Source of the DNA: a virus
Taxonomy: Duplodnaviria > Caudoviricetes
Direction: 5' to 3' (one strand)
Virus record (IMG/VR): IMGVR_UViG_3300005323_000003
Coordinates: 355 to 64,354 of that record
DNA: 64,000 nucleotides
In this document: positions 26,104 to 36,199 of the stretch, piece after piece
Numbering within the stretch: the stretch's first letter is position 1
How the letters are laid out: every line of letters begins with the position of its first letter
The notes under the pieces: model-generated
Told to the model about the DNA's origin: nothing
The model's database searches: none
The model's input: the letters and a program-made list of their open reading frames with translations, nothing else
Made by a program: the position numbers and the translations under genes

Positions 26104-27099
26104 ATGGGTAAAACAGCTAATGAAGATATTGAAATCAAAATTGAAGGCCTGGAAGATGACGACCCCAACGATCAGGACATTGAAATCGGGGAAGAAGAAG
26201 AAATAAACGACGACGATCTGGACTTTGAAGAAGTATTAAAAGGCCTTAAGAATGGCAAAAAGAAAGATCCCAGCAAAAAAACCAAAGAAGGCAAAAAAGA
26301 AAATGCAGAAGAGGAAGAGGAAACAGAGGAAATAGAGGAAGAAGAACCGGAAGAAGATGAGGAAGACAAGGAAACAGACGATAAAAAGCTGTATTCCGAA
26401 AGCGAAATAGGCGAGCTTGTCAACCAGCGCGTTATCGCTGAAGTTAACCGCATCATTCCGGAACGCTTGAATAGGGATCGAAAAGCAAATTTTGCCAAAG
26501 TGCAACGGCTTGAAAAGCTAACCGGAATGCCAATTGATCAAGTTACGCAAACCATAATCGATAACATGGTAACAGCTAAAGCCGAAGAGTTAAGCTGCAG
26601 CGAGGAAGATGCCCGTAAAATTGTTGAAAAAGACATAAAACTGGCTGACATTCAACTGGAGCGCGAGCAGGAAAAAAGCCAAAAAAACGAAGAGTCAGAG
26701 GTTATGCAGCAAATGCAATACCTGCAAGACAAGGTTGCGTATATGCAAAAGCCTAAACTTGCAAAATTCCTTAAGCAATTTGAGAAGGAAATCGACGACT
26801 TTTCTCAAAACGGCAAAATTCTTGACTATGCCACAGCTATGAACCAGATTATAGGTCAAAAAATATTGTCTGGGGATCTTCTGGAAAAAATGCAAAGCGG
26901 AGCTCAGCAAAAAGTCCTGCGCGACAACGAAGTTAAGAAAAAGAAAACACCGCCGTCAACTGCTAGCGGAGGAAACACAGCAACCGTCACCATGACCAAG
27001 GCGGAACGAGATTTTATCGCCGCTATGGGCCTGGACGAAAAAGAGGTTGCCAAAGAAAAATTAGCACTTGAAAAAAATAAACAGCGTAAAGGCCGGTAA
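26104..27099 (+). CDS. Capsid scaffolding protein
   Basis: Acidic low-complexity N-terminus, coiled coil, TMTKAERDFIAAMGL tail; precedes the capsid genes. Confidence 0.75.
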   Translation: MGKTANEDIEIKIEGLEDDDPNDQDIEIGEEEEINDDDLDFEEVLKGLKNGKKKDPSKKTKEGKKENAEEEEETEEIEEEEPEEDEEDKETDDKKLYSESEIGELVNQRVIAEVNRIIPERLNRDRKANFAKVQRLEKLTGMPIDQVTQTIIDNMVTAKAEELSCSEEDARKIVEKDIKLADIQLEREQEKSQKNEESEVMQQMQYLQDKVAYMQKPKLAKFLKQFEKEIDDFSQNGKILDYATAMNQIIGQKILSGDLLEKMQSGAQQKVLRDNEVKKKKTPPSTASGGNTATVTMTKAERDFIAAMGLDEKEVAKEKLALEKNKQRKGR

Positions 27100-27141
27100 G
27101 TTTTTAACTTCCGGTTTATTAATTTGGAGGTGAATTAAACA

Positions 27142-27858
27142 ATGGCACATACTGCAAGCAGAACCACTGTAGGGTTTGAACCTATTTATAGCAAAACCTT
27201 GAACGCTATTCCTAATGCGGTAGCGTATGAATTGACTCCGGCAGAGGCTTTTGTTCGGGGAGATATGGTAACTATTTCCGCCGGGAAATTGACCAAAGCT
27301 ACTTCTGCGACTGTAGCCAACATTGTTGGTGTGATGGCTGAATCAATTACTGCCGCTCAGAATCCTTCCGGTACCATTACTTACGGGAAAGTATACGATC
27401 ACCCGGATAATGTTTACCGCTGCACGTTTTCGGATCAGCTTGATTCAACGGCAACCGGCGGCACAACCGGAACGCTTGTTGATACCGCATTGTCCACCAG
27501 TTCCAATGACGTTTGGAATGGAGCGTATCTGTATATCTATGCAGGAACCAATGCCGGAGCAATAAGAACCGTATCGGATTACGTAGGATCGTCCGACACA
27601 CTGTATGTTGACGAACTGTTCCCGGCTGCCTGCGATACAACCACCAAGTACATTATGCTTGGACTGGCTGCAGAGGCAAACGACATTATTAATGTTGGAC
27701 TGGGAGGCATTCAGTTAAAAGATGCCAACACCATTGATGCCAACGCCGCGAGACTTAGTTCTGCGGTCAAAGTTGGCCCGCTGGTATGCTTGGCAATCAA
27801 CGGACCCGAACTAATGATGGATGTTATGATCCGTAAAACTTGCCACATCTTCGGATAA
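27142..27858 (+). CDS. Capsid cement/decoration protein
   Basis: AFVRGDMVTISAGKLTKAT...IVGV pattern; lies between scaffold and MCP. Confidence 0.6.
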   Translation: MAHTASRTTVGFEPIYSKTLNAIPNAVAYELTPAEAFVRGDMVTISAGKLTKATSATVANIVGVMAESITAAQNPSGTITYGKVYDHPDNVYRCTFSDQLDSTATGGTTGTLVDTALSTSSNDVWNGAYLYIYAGTNAGAIRTVSDYVGSSDTLYVDELFPAACDTTTKYIMLGLAAEANDIINVGLGGIQLKDANTIDANAARLSSAVKVGPLVCLAINGPELMMDVMIRKTCHIFG

Positions 27859-27888
27859 GGCAAAGCAACAACTGCACAACAACTTTTG

Positions 27889-27912
27889 AGACAGGTATAA
27901 GCCTGTCTTTTT
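27889..27912 (+). terminator. Intrinsic terminator-like hairpin
   Basis: AGACAGG-6nt-CCTGTCT followed by TTTT. Confidence 0.6.
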
Positions 27913-27935
27913 ATTTTATGGAGGTGACTTGAAAG

Positions 27936-28841
27936 ATGATGATTTCTGAAAATTGGGATGAGCTTATGCTTCCTACTCTGCGCACAATCTACAATAAGCA
28001 TTTGAAAAAGAAAAAAGATTATGTCAATGAATTGTTTACTGTTGAAAAGTCAACCAAGCAGGCTGAGTATAACCTTGGAACTGGTTCATTGGGCATGATG
28101 GACGAATGGGGCGCGTCCGGCAACCAAGTAAGCTATGAGGACGTAAACAAAGGTTACAAGGCCACATACATGCACCGTAAGTATTCCAAAGGCCTGTATA
28201 TCGAACGTGAATTAGTTGAAGACGACCAGTATGGGGAAATAAAGAAGAAAACAAACTTGCTTTCCCAGACGGTTTATTACACCAAACAGACACAGGGCGC
28301 ATCTGTGTTTAACAATGCGTTTAATTCAACTTACAAAGGCCCCGACTTGGTTGCTCTTTGTTCTGCATCTCATCCAAACAGTCCTGATGATTCAACGACT
28401 CAAAGTAACGCCGGAACAGCAGCATTATCGGCAACTTCCTTGGAAGCGGCCAGGACTGCTATGAAGGGCTGGGAAGACGATAAAGGAAATTTGTTGGCAA
28501 TTGAGCCCAATATGTTGATTGTTCCTCCGGCATTACGTAAAGCCGCATTAGTTATTGCCGATTCAACTGGCGAACCGGATGTAAGCGACAATAACATCAA
28601 TGTTTGGAAAGGATCTGTTGATGTTGTCGAATTTGACTTTTTGACAAGCACTACCGCCTGGTTCTTGGTCGATAAATCAAGAATGCAGGCGTTTTTACGC
28701 TGGTTTAATCGCCGCGTTCCGATGCTTGAAATGGACAGAGAGAACTTTAATTCCGAGGTAGGTGCTTATAAGGTTGTTGGTCGTTGGTCGTATGGCTGGG
28801 ATGATTGGTCATTCTGCTACGGATCAACTGGAACTGCTTAA
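27936..28841 (+). CDS. Major capsid protein (Mu gpT-like family, HK97 fold)
   Basis: YMHRKYSKGLYIERELVEDDQYG...VFNNAF...DLVALCSASHP...LIVPPAL...TTAWFL...RWSYGWDDW. Confidence 0.85.
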   Translation: MMISENWDELMLPTLRTIYNKHLKKKKDYVNELFTVEKSTKQAEYNLGTGSLGMMDEWGASGNQVSYEDVNKGYKATYMHRKYSKGLYIERELVEDDQYGEIKKKTNLLSQTVYYTKQTQGASVFNNAFNSTYKGPDLVALCSASHPNSPDDSTTQSNAGTAALSATSLEAARTAMKGWEDDKGNLLAIEPNMLIVPPALRKAALVIADSTGEPDVSDNNINVWKGSVDVVEFDFLTSTTAWFLVDKSRMQAFLRWFNRRVPMLEMDRENFNSEVGAYKVVGRWSYGWDDWSFCYGSTGTA

Positions 28842-28939
28842 TTAAAAATGCTGAGGCGGCTTGAAATATAGCCACCTTGATTATCTGAATATTTGGCTAT
28901 GAGGGTAAAACCCTGCCATAACGAAAGGATGGAATAGCA

Positions 28940-29572
28940 ATGGCAAGAAACAGACATTTTGGAAGTGGTTATTCTCATTTTGGAGAAGACACTTACGGCC
29001 ATGATTTAAAAGCGTTTGGTGATACTACCGCTAAGTATGTATTTTGGGATGCTTCAGCAAATACTTTTTACGTAGATGGAACTCTAAATTTAGATGGGAC
29101 TGCGCTTGCAGCAACAATAGCAGAAATTAACCGGGCGTGCGATGTTAGTGCAAGAATAGTTGATTGTACGGCATCAACATTAGCCGTGACGGTTGCGGAT
29201 CATGACGGAAAAGTAATTACGCTTAACAGAGCCGCTGGAATTGCAGTGACATTGCCTGCAGCCACCGGAAGCGGAGCGGTATTTAAATTTGTTGTAGGGA
29301 CTACTTTCACTGGTGCAGCAACGATAAAAGTTACCGGAAACGACATTATGAAAGGCACGGCTATTCTTTTTGCAGACAGTGGAGATACCACATTAGGATA
29401 TGCCACCGCTTCAGATACCGATACAATTACATTTGCTGCCGATACATCAACCGGTGGCATTGCCGGAGCAAGCGTTGAACTAATTGATATTGCTTCCGAT
29501 ACTTGGTTTGTAAAAATTGTTTCTGATGCTTCCGGTACAGAAGCTACGCCATTTTCCGCAACAGTATCTTAA
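28940..29572 (+). CDS. Virion protein (putative head decoration)
   Basis: 210 aa; HDGKVITLNRAAGIAVTLPAATGSG. Confidence 0.6.
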   Translation: MARNRHFGSGYSHFGEDTYGHDLKAFGDTTAKYVFWDASANTFYVDGTLNLDGTALAATIAEINRACDVSARIVDCTASTLAVTVADHDGKVITLNRAAGIAVTLPAATGSGAVFKFVVGTTFTGAATIKVTGNDIMKGTAILFADSGDTTLGYATASDTDTITFAADTSTGGIAGASVELIDIASDTWFVKIVSDASGTEATPFSATVS

Positions 29573-29643
29573 TTTCGTCGGGGCCTTTAATGGGCCCCTT
29601 TACTATGCAAATAACCTGTGTGTATTTAGGAGGTGTTAAATAA

Positions 29644-30000
29644 ATGAATTACATAACAGACGAATCCGGTGTAGCTATTAAATCTAGCAATCCATTCCCA
29701 GTAGCACAAACAGGATATCCGGCGTTTGATCCATTACATGTCACTATAAGCGTTGGGACTTCTGCTACCGCTGTATTATCGGCAGATGAAGATCGTACCT
29801 ATGCACTTTTTCAGAACGATTCTGATTCGACAATATATATGAATATTGCTGGAGCTGACGCAGTTTTGCACGAAGGAATAATATTGAACGCAGCCGGAGG
29901 ATTTTATGAAATGATCCTTTCTGCTGGAAATGTATCTATTAAAGCTATATCTGCCATATCAAGCGGAGCAAGTAAAAATTTGCTTGTAACGTATTCATAA
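29644..30000 (+). CDS. Small beta-sandwich virion protein
   Basis: RTYALFQNDSDSTIYM...GIILNAAGG. Confidence 0.65.
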   Translation: MNYITDESGVAIKSSNPFPVAQTGYPAFDPLHVTISVGTSATAVLSADEDRTYALFQNDSDSTIYMNIAGADAVLHEGIILNAAGGFYEMILSAGNVSIKAISAISSGASKNLLVTYS

Positions 30001-30007
30001 TCAATTC

Positions 30008-30088
30008 ATCGTCGTCTAGGGTTAGGCTGTACACCTAAACCCGAAAAGCCGTACCTGGGGCCTGACGACGATTATACAGGTACAGCCT
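30008..30088 (+). ncRNA. Putative H-type pseudoknot RNA element
   Basis: ATCGTCGTC(30008-16)/GACGACGAT(30064-72); GTACCTG(30051-57)/CAGGTAC(30077-83); AGGCT(30024-28)/AGCCT(30084-88). Confidence 0.5.
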
Positions 30089-30123
30089 TGCAGGTGAGGA
30101 CTTACTTTTGCGAGGTGTTGGAT

Positions 30124-31134
30124 ATGCCAGCAGGATACGGTAAGCCAATTGATATCAGCAATCTATCAATTAATGCTATTCCCTATAGGGACGAAAACGG
30201 AAACTTTGTTGATTCTGGTTTCTATTTAGAAAACGGTATTTTAATTGCTAAAAAAGACTTGGAAATACCACCTAATACGCTTCATTTAGGAGCAAATATA
30301 TCAATTCACGAAAATGGCGGTTTTGTTGAAATACACACAGAAACGCTAAACAAAAATTATATTTTGCCAATGGGTGAAAACGCTGATAATGGAAGTTTAA
30401 TACCTTTTTACTACAAACGAGATGCGATAGACACCAGGGCTATATTCCAAAGCGATTATTCAGAAACCATGTCAAACGTTACAACGTTAAGCATTCCCGC
30501 TGTTGCTGATTATGAAGTATCTCGAATATACGGAAAATTCGTGGATGAAGTTACCAACTTTAAGATGAAACTTGAAGTAAACGGCAATGATGTTGCTTAT
30601 TATCCGTCAAAAAATGCCTGGGAAGACAATACTGTGGATGGTTACGACATGTCTTCCGGTGAATCATATTTTGACATGGACCCGCATTTTAGTTTTCTTA
30701 CGTCGTATGCAATAACTGCTTACGTTAAGGCCGACCAGGAAATAAACATGCTGGGAAACGGCGTATTACCATGGTTAGCAATAGACAAAAAAGATATGAC
30801 AAAACAATATATCGTCATGGATGTAACAGAAACAGAAACGTTTCTCAATAATGCCAATAAATCTTTAGTTATTGGAGCAGACACTGTTTGCAATGCAACA
30901 ATAATTTACTATTTGAGTGATACGACCACGTACGAAGGCGGCGTGATCGTTCTGGTAAGCGATGGAACAACCGCCGAAATTGATGTTGAAAGGATAGGGG
31001 AGTTAGACGTAATCATTGACGACATAGATTTTAGCACTTCAATTGCAGATTCAAATTTATGTTTAGATATTGCCGCTACGGGTGACGGTTCAAAAACTGT
31101 CACATTCAAATACAAGATTAACACTATTGAGTAA
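30124..31134 (+). CDS. Virion structural protein
   Basis: RBS GAGGTG before ATG 30124; the frame is open from 30001. Confidence 0.7.
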   Translation: MPAGYGKPIDISNLSINAIPYRDENGNFVDSGFYLENGILIAKKDLEIPPNTLHLGANISIHENGGFVEIHTETLNKNYILPMGENADNGSLIPFYYKRDAIDTRAIFQSDYSETMSNVTTLSIPAVADYEVSRIYGKFVDEVTNFKMKLEVNGNDVAYYPSKNAWEDNTVDGYDMSSGESYFDMDPHFSFLTSYAITAYVKADQEINMLGNGVLPWLAIDKKDMTKQYIVMDVTETETFLNNANKSLVIGADTVCNATIIYYLSDTTTYEGGVIVLVSDGTTAEIDVERIGELDVIIDDIDFSTSIADSNLCLDIAATGDGSKTVTFKYKINTIE

Positions 31135-31217
31135 TTTCTAACCTGGGTGTTTTAATCTTGAATAGCGCGCGATATTTAAGGTTTTAACATAAATAAAAAC
31201 AAAAGGAAGTGATATTT

Positions 31218-31739
31218 GTGTCAAAAAGATATGGTTTGACAGGCCTTAATGGAACCGTTGAGCTTTCCAAAGGTGGAGCAAAGGTTAAAAACAGCAGTGG
31301 AGTTATTGAGGCCAGAAATAGCGCTGATGATGCGTATGCCATTGTCAGAGGCGCTACAGCATCAGGAGATAATGATCTAATTACAAAGGCTCAATTCGAT
31401 GCTGCCATAGGCGGCCAAGTGATGTACGTAAGTCAGGCAATTACCTTTGAAACATCGGGAACTTTTAACATCGGATCTGCGGTTGCAACAGCCAAAAGGA
31501 TCCTGAGTGTGCGGGTAATTGTAGATACTCTTTTTAATGGAACTACCCCTACGCTGGAAATTGGTATTACCGGAACTACGGATTTGCTTATGGCAACGAC
31601 TGACAATAATTTGAAGTTGTCTGATTCCTATGCTAAAGACCCGGTATATGTAACATCAGGAAGTACTCAGTTTATTGGAACCTATGTTGCTGATTCATCA
31701 TCGGCCGGTGCTGGCATCATCGTAATCGAATACGTGTAA
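31218..31739 (+). CDS. Virion fibre/decoration-like protein
   Basis: GTG 31218 with RBS AAGGAAG; GDNDLITKAQFDAA. Confidence 0.6.
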   Translation: MSKRYGLTGLNGTVELSKGGAKVKNSSGVIEARNSADDAYAIVRGATASGDNDLITKAQFDAAIGGQVMYVSQAITFETSGTFNIGSAVATAKRILSVRVIVDTLFNGTTPTLEIGITGTTDLLMATTDNNLKLSDSYAKDPVYVTSGSTQFIGTYVADSSSAGAGIIVIEYV

Positions 31740-31753
31740 AGTCATAACTAAGC

Positions 31754-31786
31754 AGCAGGGGTATTTATTGCCCCTGCTTGTTTTTT
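31754..31786 (+). terminator. Intrinsic terminator
   Basis: AGCAGGGG-9nt-CCCCTGCT then TGTTTTTT. Confidence 0.7.
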
Positions 31787-31803
31787 AAACAAGGAGGGGT
31801 GAA

Positions 31804-32031
31804 ATGAATACAAGAACAATTGCCAATACTCGCATGATTGGAAATTTACGCACAATTGGCCCTAGCCATATTGTTTTTACCGGCGAGGAAGTTCTTGACC
31901 CTGATTATGAATTGCCGCTTGATAAAGAATATACTGCACAATCAACGGTTGAGGAATTTTTCTCTGACCTATTCGGTATAACCGGAACATATGCTGATTA
32001 TTTGAGAATTGTGGAGGTTAGAATCATATGA
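31804..32031 (+). CDS. Small virion-module protein
   Basis: 75 aa; RBS AAGGAGG. Confidence 0.6.
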   Translation: MNTRTIANTRMIGNLRTIGPSHIVFTGEEVLDPDYELPLDKEYTAQSTVEEFFSDLFGITGTYADYLRIVEVRII

Positions 32032-32705
32032 GTAAATTAGATGATTGGTTCTCAGGAATTATAAAAGGATGGATGGTATCTACCGGTTCCGCTGCTCATG
32101 ATGCTGCAGCCAATGGAAACCCGGTGCAAGCTGGTGGCGTTTACCGCGCTACCGACCCAACATTATCAGACGGAGATGCAGGAAGCATTAGATTGAATTC
32201 AAAGGGTGAAGTTATTACGCAAGTGTCTGGAAGTAATACGCGACATCTTTCAACCGCAACAATAACAATTGGGACAGGTGCGGCGCATTCTGCAGGTGAT
32301 GTTGTATCAACCGACGCAGGGGCAATCCTTACCTTTGCCACAGGACTACCGGCAGGATCAAGCGGGATCATCTTAGATTCTATTGTTAAATTGGCGCAAA
32401 ACGCAGTATTTAGCGGTGGTGCAGGCTACACTTTATATTTATTTAATGCCTTGCCGACCGTTCAGGCAACAAACGCCGCTTTCGACCTTGTGGATGCAGA
32501 CCTTGCCGCATATATCGGTAAAATTACCATAAGTACATTACAAGACTTGGGTAGCAACTGCGCTGTTACTAATGTCGGACATAACCTCAGTTTTAACTTA
32601 GCGGAGGCTGATACTAATATATATGGTAAGGCTGTCTGTAATGGTGGAGAAACTACAGTGTCTGGCAAAGTTCTTTCATTCGGTCTAGGCATAGCGGCTA
32701 TATAG
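32028..32705 (+). CDS. Virion fibre-like protein
   Basis: AAHDAAANGNPVQAGG...LSDGDAGSIRLNSKGEVIT. Confidence 0.6.
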   Translation: MSKLDDWFSGIIKGWMVSTGSAAHDAAANGNPVQAGGVYRATDPTLSDGDAGSIRLNSKGEVITQVSGSNTRHLSTATITIGTGAAHSAGDVVSTDAGAILTFATGLPAGSSGIILDSIVKLAQNAVFSGGAGYTLYLFNALPTVQATNAAFDLVDADLAAYIGKITISTLQDLGSNCAVTNVGHNLSFNLAEADTNIYGKAVCNGGETTVSGKVLSFGLGIAAI

Positions 32706-32716
32706 GGGGTGTTTAT

Positions 32717-33292
32717 ATGACCCCGATAATAAATCAAGTGTTGCGGAAAAAACAGAAATTTAATTCAATAGTCGATTCATTCAACAGGGCAAACAGTAAT
32801 ACAACTCTAGGACATACTGATACAGGACAACCGTGGGAAACATTAGGCGAGGTAATTATGGGTATTAATAGTAATTTAGCATATACTGTTTCAAGTAATG
32901 GAGATACTGAAGCACTCGTTGAATCCGGTATTTCAGATTTTACTTTACAAGTTACGTTTGCCGCCAATCCTGTTGTTGCTTTATGTGTGTTTAGAGCTAA
33001 AGACCATCAAAACTTATGGAAGATTAACGCTAATAAAAGCATTAATAAATACAGGTTGATTAAACTTGATAATGGAGTATCTAGCGTTGCGGCAACTGGC
33101 TCTATTGCGATAAATAATGGCGATGTGGTGAAAGTTGTTTGTAATGGATCTGTTATAAAGGTTTATATCAACGACATACTAGATATAACTTATACAGATT
33201 CATTTAATCAAAATGAAACCAAACACGGTTTAGGCGCATTCACTACGGCAACGGATACTCGGTGGGACAATTTTAGTTTGGTGGTGATATGA
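32717..33292 (+). CDS. Lectin/ConA-like beta-sandwich virion protein
   Basis: VDSFNRANS...LGHTDTGQPW...VVKVVCNGSVIKVYIND...WDNFS. Confidence 0.6.
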   Translation: MTPIINQVLRKKQKFNSIVDSFNRANSNTTLGHTDTGQPWETLGEVIMGINSNLAYTVSSNGDTEALVESGISDFTLQVTFAANPVVALCVFRAKDHQNLWKINANKSINKYRLIKLDNGVSSVAATGSIAINNGDVVKVVCNGSVIKVYINDILDITYTDSFNQNETKHGLGAFTTATDTRWDNFSLVVI

Positions 33293-33516
33293 TGTATTAT
33301 TTAGTACCAATTATAGGTGACGGGATTTCGGAAAATCCATATCGCCCTAAGATTGATGACTACCAATGCGCATGGGCAGCAAAAACGTCAAGTAAGCAAG
33401 GTTTTTTTATAGTAGCCATAAAAGCCGAACCAGACGTTATGGAGCAGATTTTGACGGATGCAGACATACAACTATATACTCCACAACCAAATGATATACT
33501 ACCGATGGTAGTTTAA
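33289..33516 (+). CDS. Small hypothetical protein
   Basis: YYLVPIIGDGISENPYRPK. Confidence 0.6.
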   Translation: MMYYLVPIIGDGISENPYRPKIDDYQCAWAAKTSSKQGFFIVAIKAEPDVMEQILTDADIQLYTPQPNDILPMVV

Positions 33517-33607
33517 GCAGTAGTCGGAGTAATTAATGTTAAAAAATAAAGAAGGAATAAACCTCTTTGTGCGAGAATAAATAATTTATGAGACATAAGG
33601 AGGTTAT

Positions 33608-34612
33608 ATGGATAATTTAGAAGAAAAGTGGGTAGATGTTGCCAAAGGGATGGGTATTTTACTTGTTGTTTTGGGGCATGTGATCGGGTTGCCATTACCA
33701 ATTAGAAAATATATCTACTCTTTCCATATGCCTCTGTTCTTTTTTATTTCGGGTTATCTCTATAATGCAAACAAATATAAATTAGTTGCCCTAAATGATT
33801 ATATTAAGAATAGGTGGACGAGGTTAATTAATCCATATTTAGCTATGGCGCTTACTTGTTATTGTCTATTTGTTATCGTGCCATTTTTAAAAAACCATAT
33901 TATTGATATATCTTCTTACGCTAAACCACTGATTGGTATTGTGTATTCTAGGGGAAGCGCGGAATGGATGCCTAATTGTTCTCCATTATGGTTCTTAACG
34001 TGTTTATTCTTAACTCAGATTATTTTCTTTATAATATGCAAAAATAGCACTAATCTTAAAATATTTATTTGTTGTGTCCTATGCACTGTGGTTGGATTTC
34101 TAATTTACGTGTCAATTTCTTTTAAGTTGCCTTGGAATTTTGACACGGCATTAATAGCGGTATTCTTATATAGTTTAGGGTATTTTGCACGTACTTATAA
34201 CGCACTCGATATTGTTAAAAAAAATGCTGTTAAGATCATCCCGTTAATGTTAGTTATTGGAATTATAACATCACATCTAAACGGGACAGTGGATATGGAT
34301 AGCAATATGTATGGCAATATCTTCCTGTTTTATACGGGGGCAATTAGTAGCATCGTGGTGGTAATATACACGGCTGGAATTTTTTCCAAATTAAACATTT
34401 TAAGTTTCTGGGGAAAAAACACAATGCCAGTAATAGGTTTTAATTATGCAGTTATTACCTTAACCGCATACACCGGAGAGTATGCTTGGTATATTAGTTT
34501 TTTCATAAATTTAATAATTATTTGGATAATGATTTTGTTTATGGGTAGGGTTAATATTTTACACAAATTATTTTATGGATATGATTTTAAAAAAGAGAAA
34601 AAGGCAACTTAA
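33608..34612 (+). CDS. Membrane acyltransferase (Acyl_transf_3/OafA family)
   Basis: DVAKGMGILLVVLGH, YSFHMPLFFFISGYLY, LWFLTCLF, GKNTMPVIG; many hydrophobic helices. Confidence 0.9.
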   Translation: MDNLEEKWVDVAKGMGILLVVLGHVIGLPLPIRKYIYSFHMPLFFFISGYLYNANKYKLVALNDYIKNRWTRLINPYLAMALTCYCLFVIVPFLKNHIIDISSYAKPLIGIVYSRGSAEWMPNCSPLWFLTCLFLTQIIFFIICKNSTNLKIFICCVLCTVVGFLIYVSISFKLPWNFDTALIAVFLYSLGYFARTYNALDIVKKNAVKIIPLMLVIGIITSHLNGTVDMDSNMYGNIFLFYTGAISSIVVVIYTAGIFSKLNILSFWGKNTMPVIGFNYAVITLTAYTGEYAWYISFFINLIIIWIMILFMGRVNILHKLFYGYDFKKEKKAT

Positions 34613-34647
34613 ATATTCAACTATCGGAAGTGCGATAGTAGAACAAC

Positions 34648-34676
34648 AGCCGGTCAGAAATGGCCGGTTATTTTTA
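34648..34676 (+). terminator. Intrinsic terminator after the acyltransferase
   Basis: AGCCGGTCA-GAAA-TGGCCGGTT-ATTTTTA. Confidence 0.7.
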
Positions 34677-34694
34677 TGGAAAGAAGGTGATAAA

Positions 34695-35546
34695 TTGTCC
34701 TTCACAATACTAGAAGCGAAGCAATTAGCTGAAAGCTGGTTTACAAATCTATTTATTGACGAGGTAAATTCTCTTGTATGGGGAAATGAGTTTATCCGTC
34801 ATTCAGTAGACAGCAAATCATGGCCGGAAGCAACTAAATATTACCCAAGGACAAAATCTCCTGATGAAGAGCCAACCGTTGCAGCAAGCGGTTCTGGGTC
34901 TATAACTGGCGATTACTACGTCATGGTTACATTTGTTGATGAAAACGAAGCAGAAGGAAATCCATGCGGTGGCTCTACAGTAATAACGGCTAGCAGCGAC
35001 GCTCAATTTGATTGGTCAGATATTCCAACGTTGACTGGATATGATCGTAAATTGTACCGTACCAAGGCAGATGACGACTCAATATATTATTACGTTGCCA
35101 CAATTGCCGACGACACAACAACAACTTATACCGATACCGTAACAGATTCTAACCTGACAATTCCAATGTTTGTGCAGGCAAGATACGATTTGCCAACCGG
35201 ATTTTATCGTCTGATAAGCGTTCAAAATCTTAGCAAAATACCTTACTACGATTATTCAATTGGAAACGGGAAAATAAGCTTCCCGACAGATGACGATTAC
35301 GTTATGACTTACGTTCCGTACCCAACAGCCTTAACCGCAATTACCGGTACAGGGCAAAACGTACCGCTGCACGATGATTTTAAATATCCGCTGGCTGAGT
35401 TTTTGGTGTACAAACATTTTAACCCTACTAACAAAGACTTGGCGGCAGAGTATGAAAAACGTTATGTCATGAATTTAAGAGGAATTTATGGAGAAATGGA
35501 CGTTAACAGTTCAACAACATTTAAGCCGAGAATGAGGTGGTCATAA
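34695..35546 (+). CDS. Head-tail adaptor-like protein with an inserted beta domain
   Basis: TTG 34695 with RBS GAAGGTGA; YVPYPTALT...VPLHDDFKYPLAEFL...AAEYEKRY. Confidence 0.6.
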   Translation: MSFTILEAKQLAESWFTNLFIDEVNSLVWGNEFIRHSVDSKSWPEATKYYPRTKSPDEEPTVAASGSGSITGDYYVMVTFVDENEAEGNPCGGSTVITASSDAQFDWSDIPTLTGYDRKLYRTKADDDSIYYYVATIADDTTTTYTDTVTDSNLTIPMFVQARYDLPTGFYRLISVQNLSKIPYYDYSIGNGKISFPTDDDYVMTYVPYPTALTAITGTGQNVPLHDDFKYPLAEFLVYKHFNPTNKDLAAEYEKRYVMNLRGIYGEMDVNSSTTFKPRMRWS

Positions 35547-36197
35547 ATGCTGGTATCAGAAATAATTTCATTGGCAGATGATCAATGCGAAGGATCATAC
35601 ACTGTTGATCAATGGCTTGCGCTATTTAACTGGTGCCAGGATGATCTTACGCCAGTAGCTAAAATTTTAACACCAGTAAGCGGTATTTCTGTAACAGTAA
35701 CTTCAACTAAAACCAGTATAACGATTGCCAATAATGCCGACTTAGCAACTGCCCATGAAATAGTTAACGTTTACTATACGCCCGCATCTGGTACAGAAGT
35801 TTTCATGCGCCGCATTGATCAGCGTGATAATTACAGCAAAGGCTGGAAGCTCGATGCTACCAAGCTATATTTGCAGGGCCTTGGAACCGAAGCAACCGGA
35901 AGCGTTAGGGTCGATTACTATAAAAAACTTACTCATGTTACTTATGACGCGGGAACCGAGGTTTATACACCAACTACGCCCGAAATACCAAGCGAATATC
36001 ATGGCTTGTACGTTTCTTATCTTTGCGGTAAGTCTCAGCAGCGCGAAGAAGAGAACGAGGATATGTCAATATTCATGGCCGAATACAACAAGGCCAAAGC
36101 AGACTTTGAACTGGACCGTGTAAAACAAATGGAACCCTGGAGATATCAAGAATATTTAGCAATTAAACAAGCGCAAGCGCAACAAGGCGGTGGGTAA
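35547..36197 (+). CDS. Tail adaptor / tubular protein A-like
   Basis: MLVSEII...WLALFNWCQDDL...RVDYYKK...PEIPSEYHGLYVSY...FMAEYN. Confidence 0.7.
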   Translation: MLVSEIISLADDQCEGSYTVDQWLALFNWCQDDLTPVAKILTPVSGISVTVTSTKTSITIANNADLATAHEIVNVYYTPASGTEVFMRRIDQRDNYSKGWKLDATKLYLQGLGTEATGSVRVDYYKKLTHVTYDAGTEVYTPTTPEIPSEYHGLYVSYLCGKSQQREEENEDMSIFMAEYNKAKADFELDRVKQMEPWRYQEYLAIKQAQAQQGGG

Positions 36198-36199
36198 AT

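Noticed and set aside
30043-30068. Hammerhead ribozyme (GAAA at 30043 and CTGACGA at 30062)
   Set aside because: Only 15 nt lie between the motifs, too few for stems III and I, and there is no GAAA downstream
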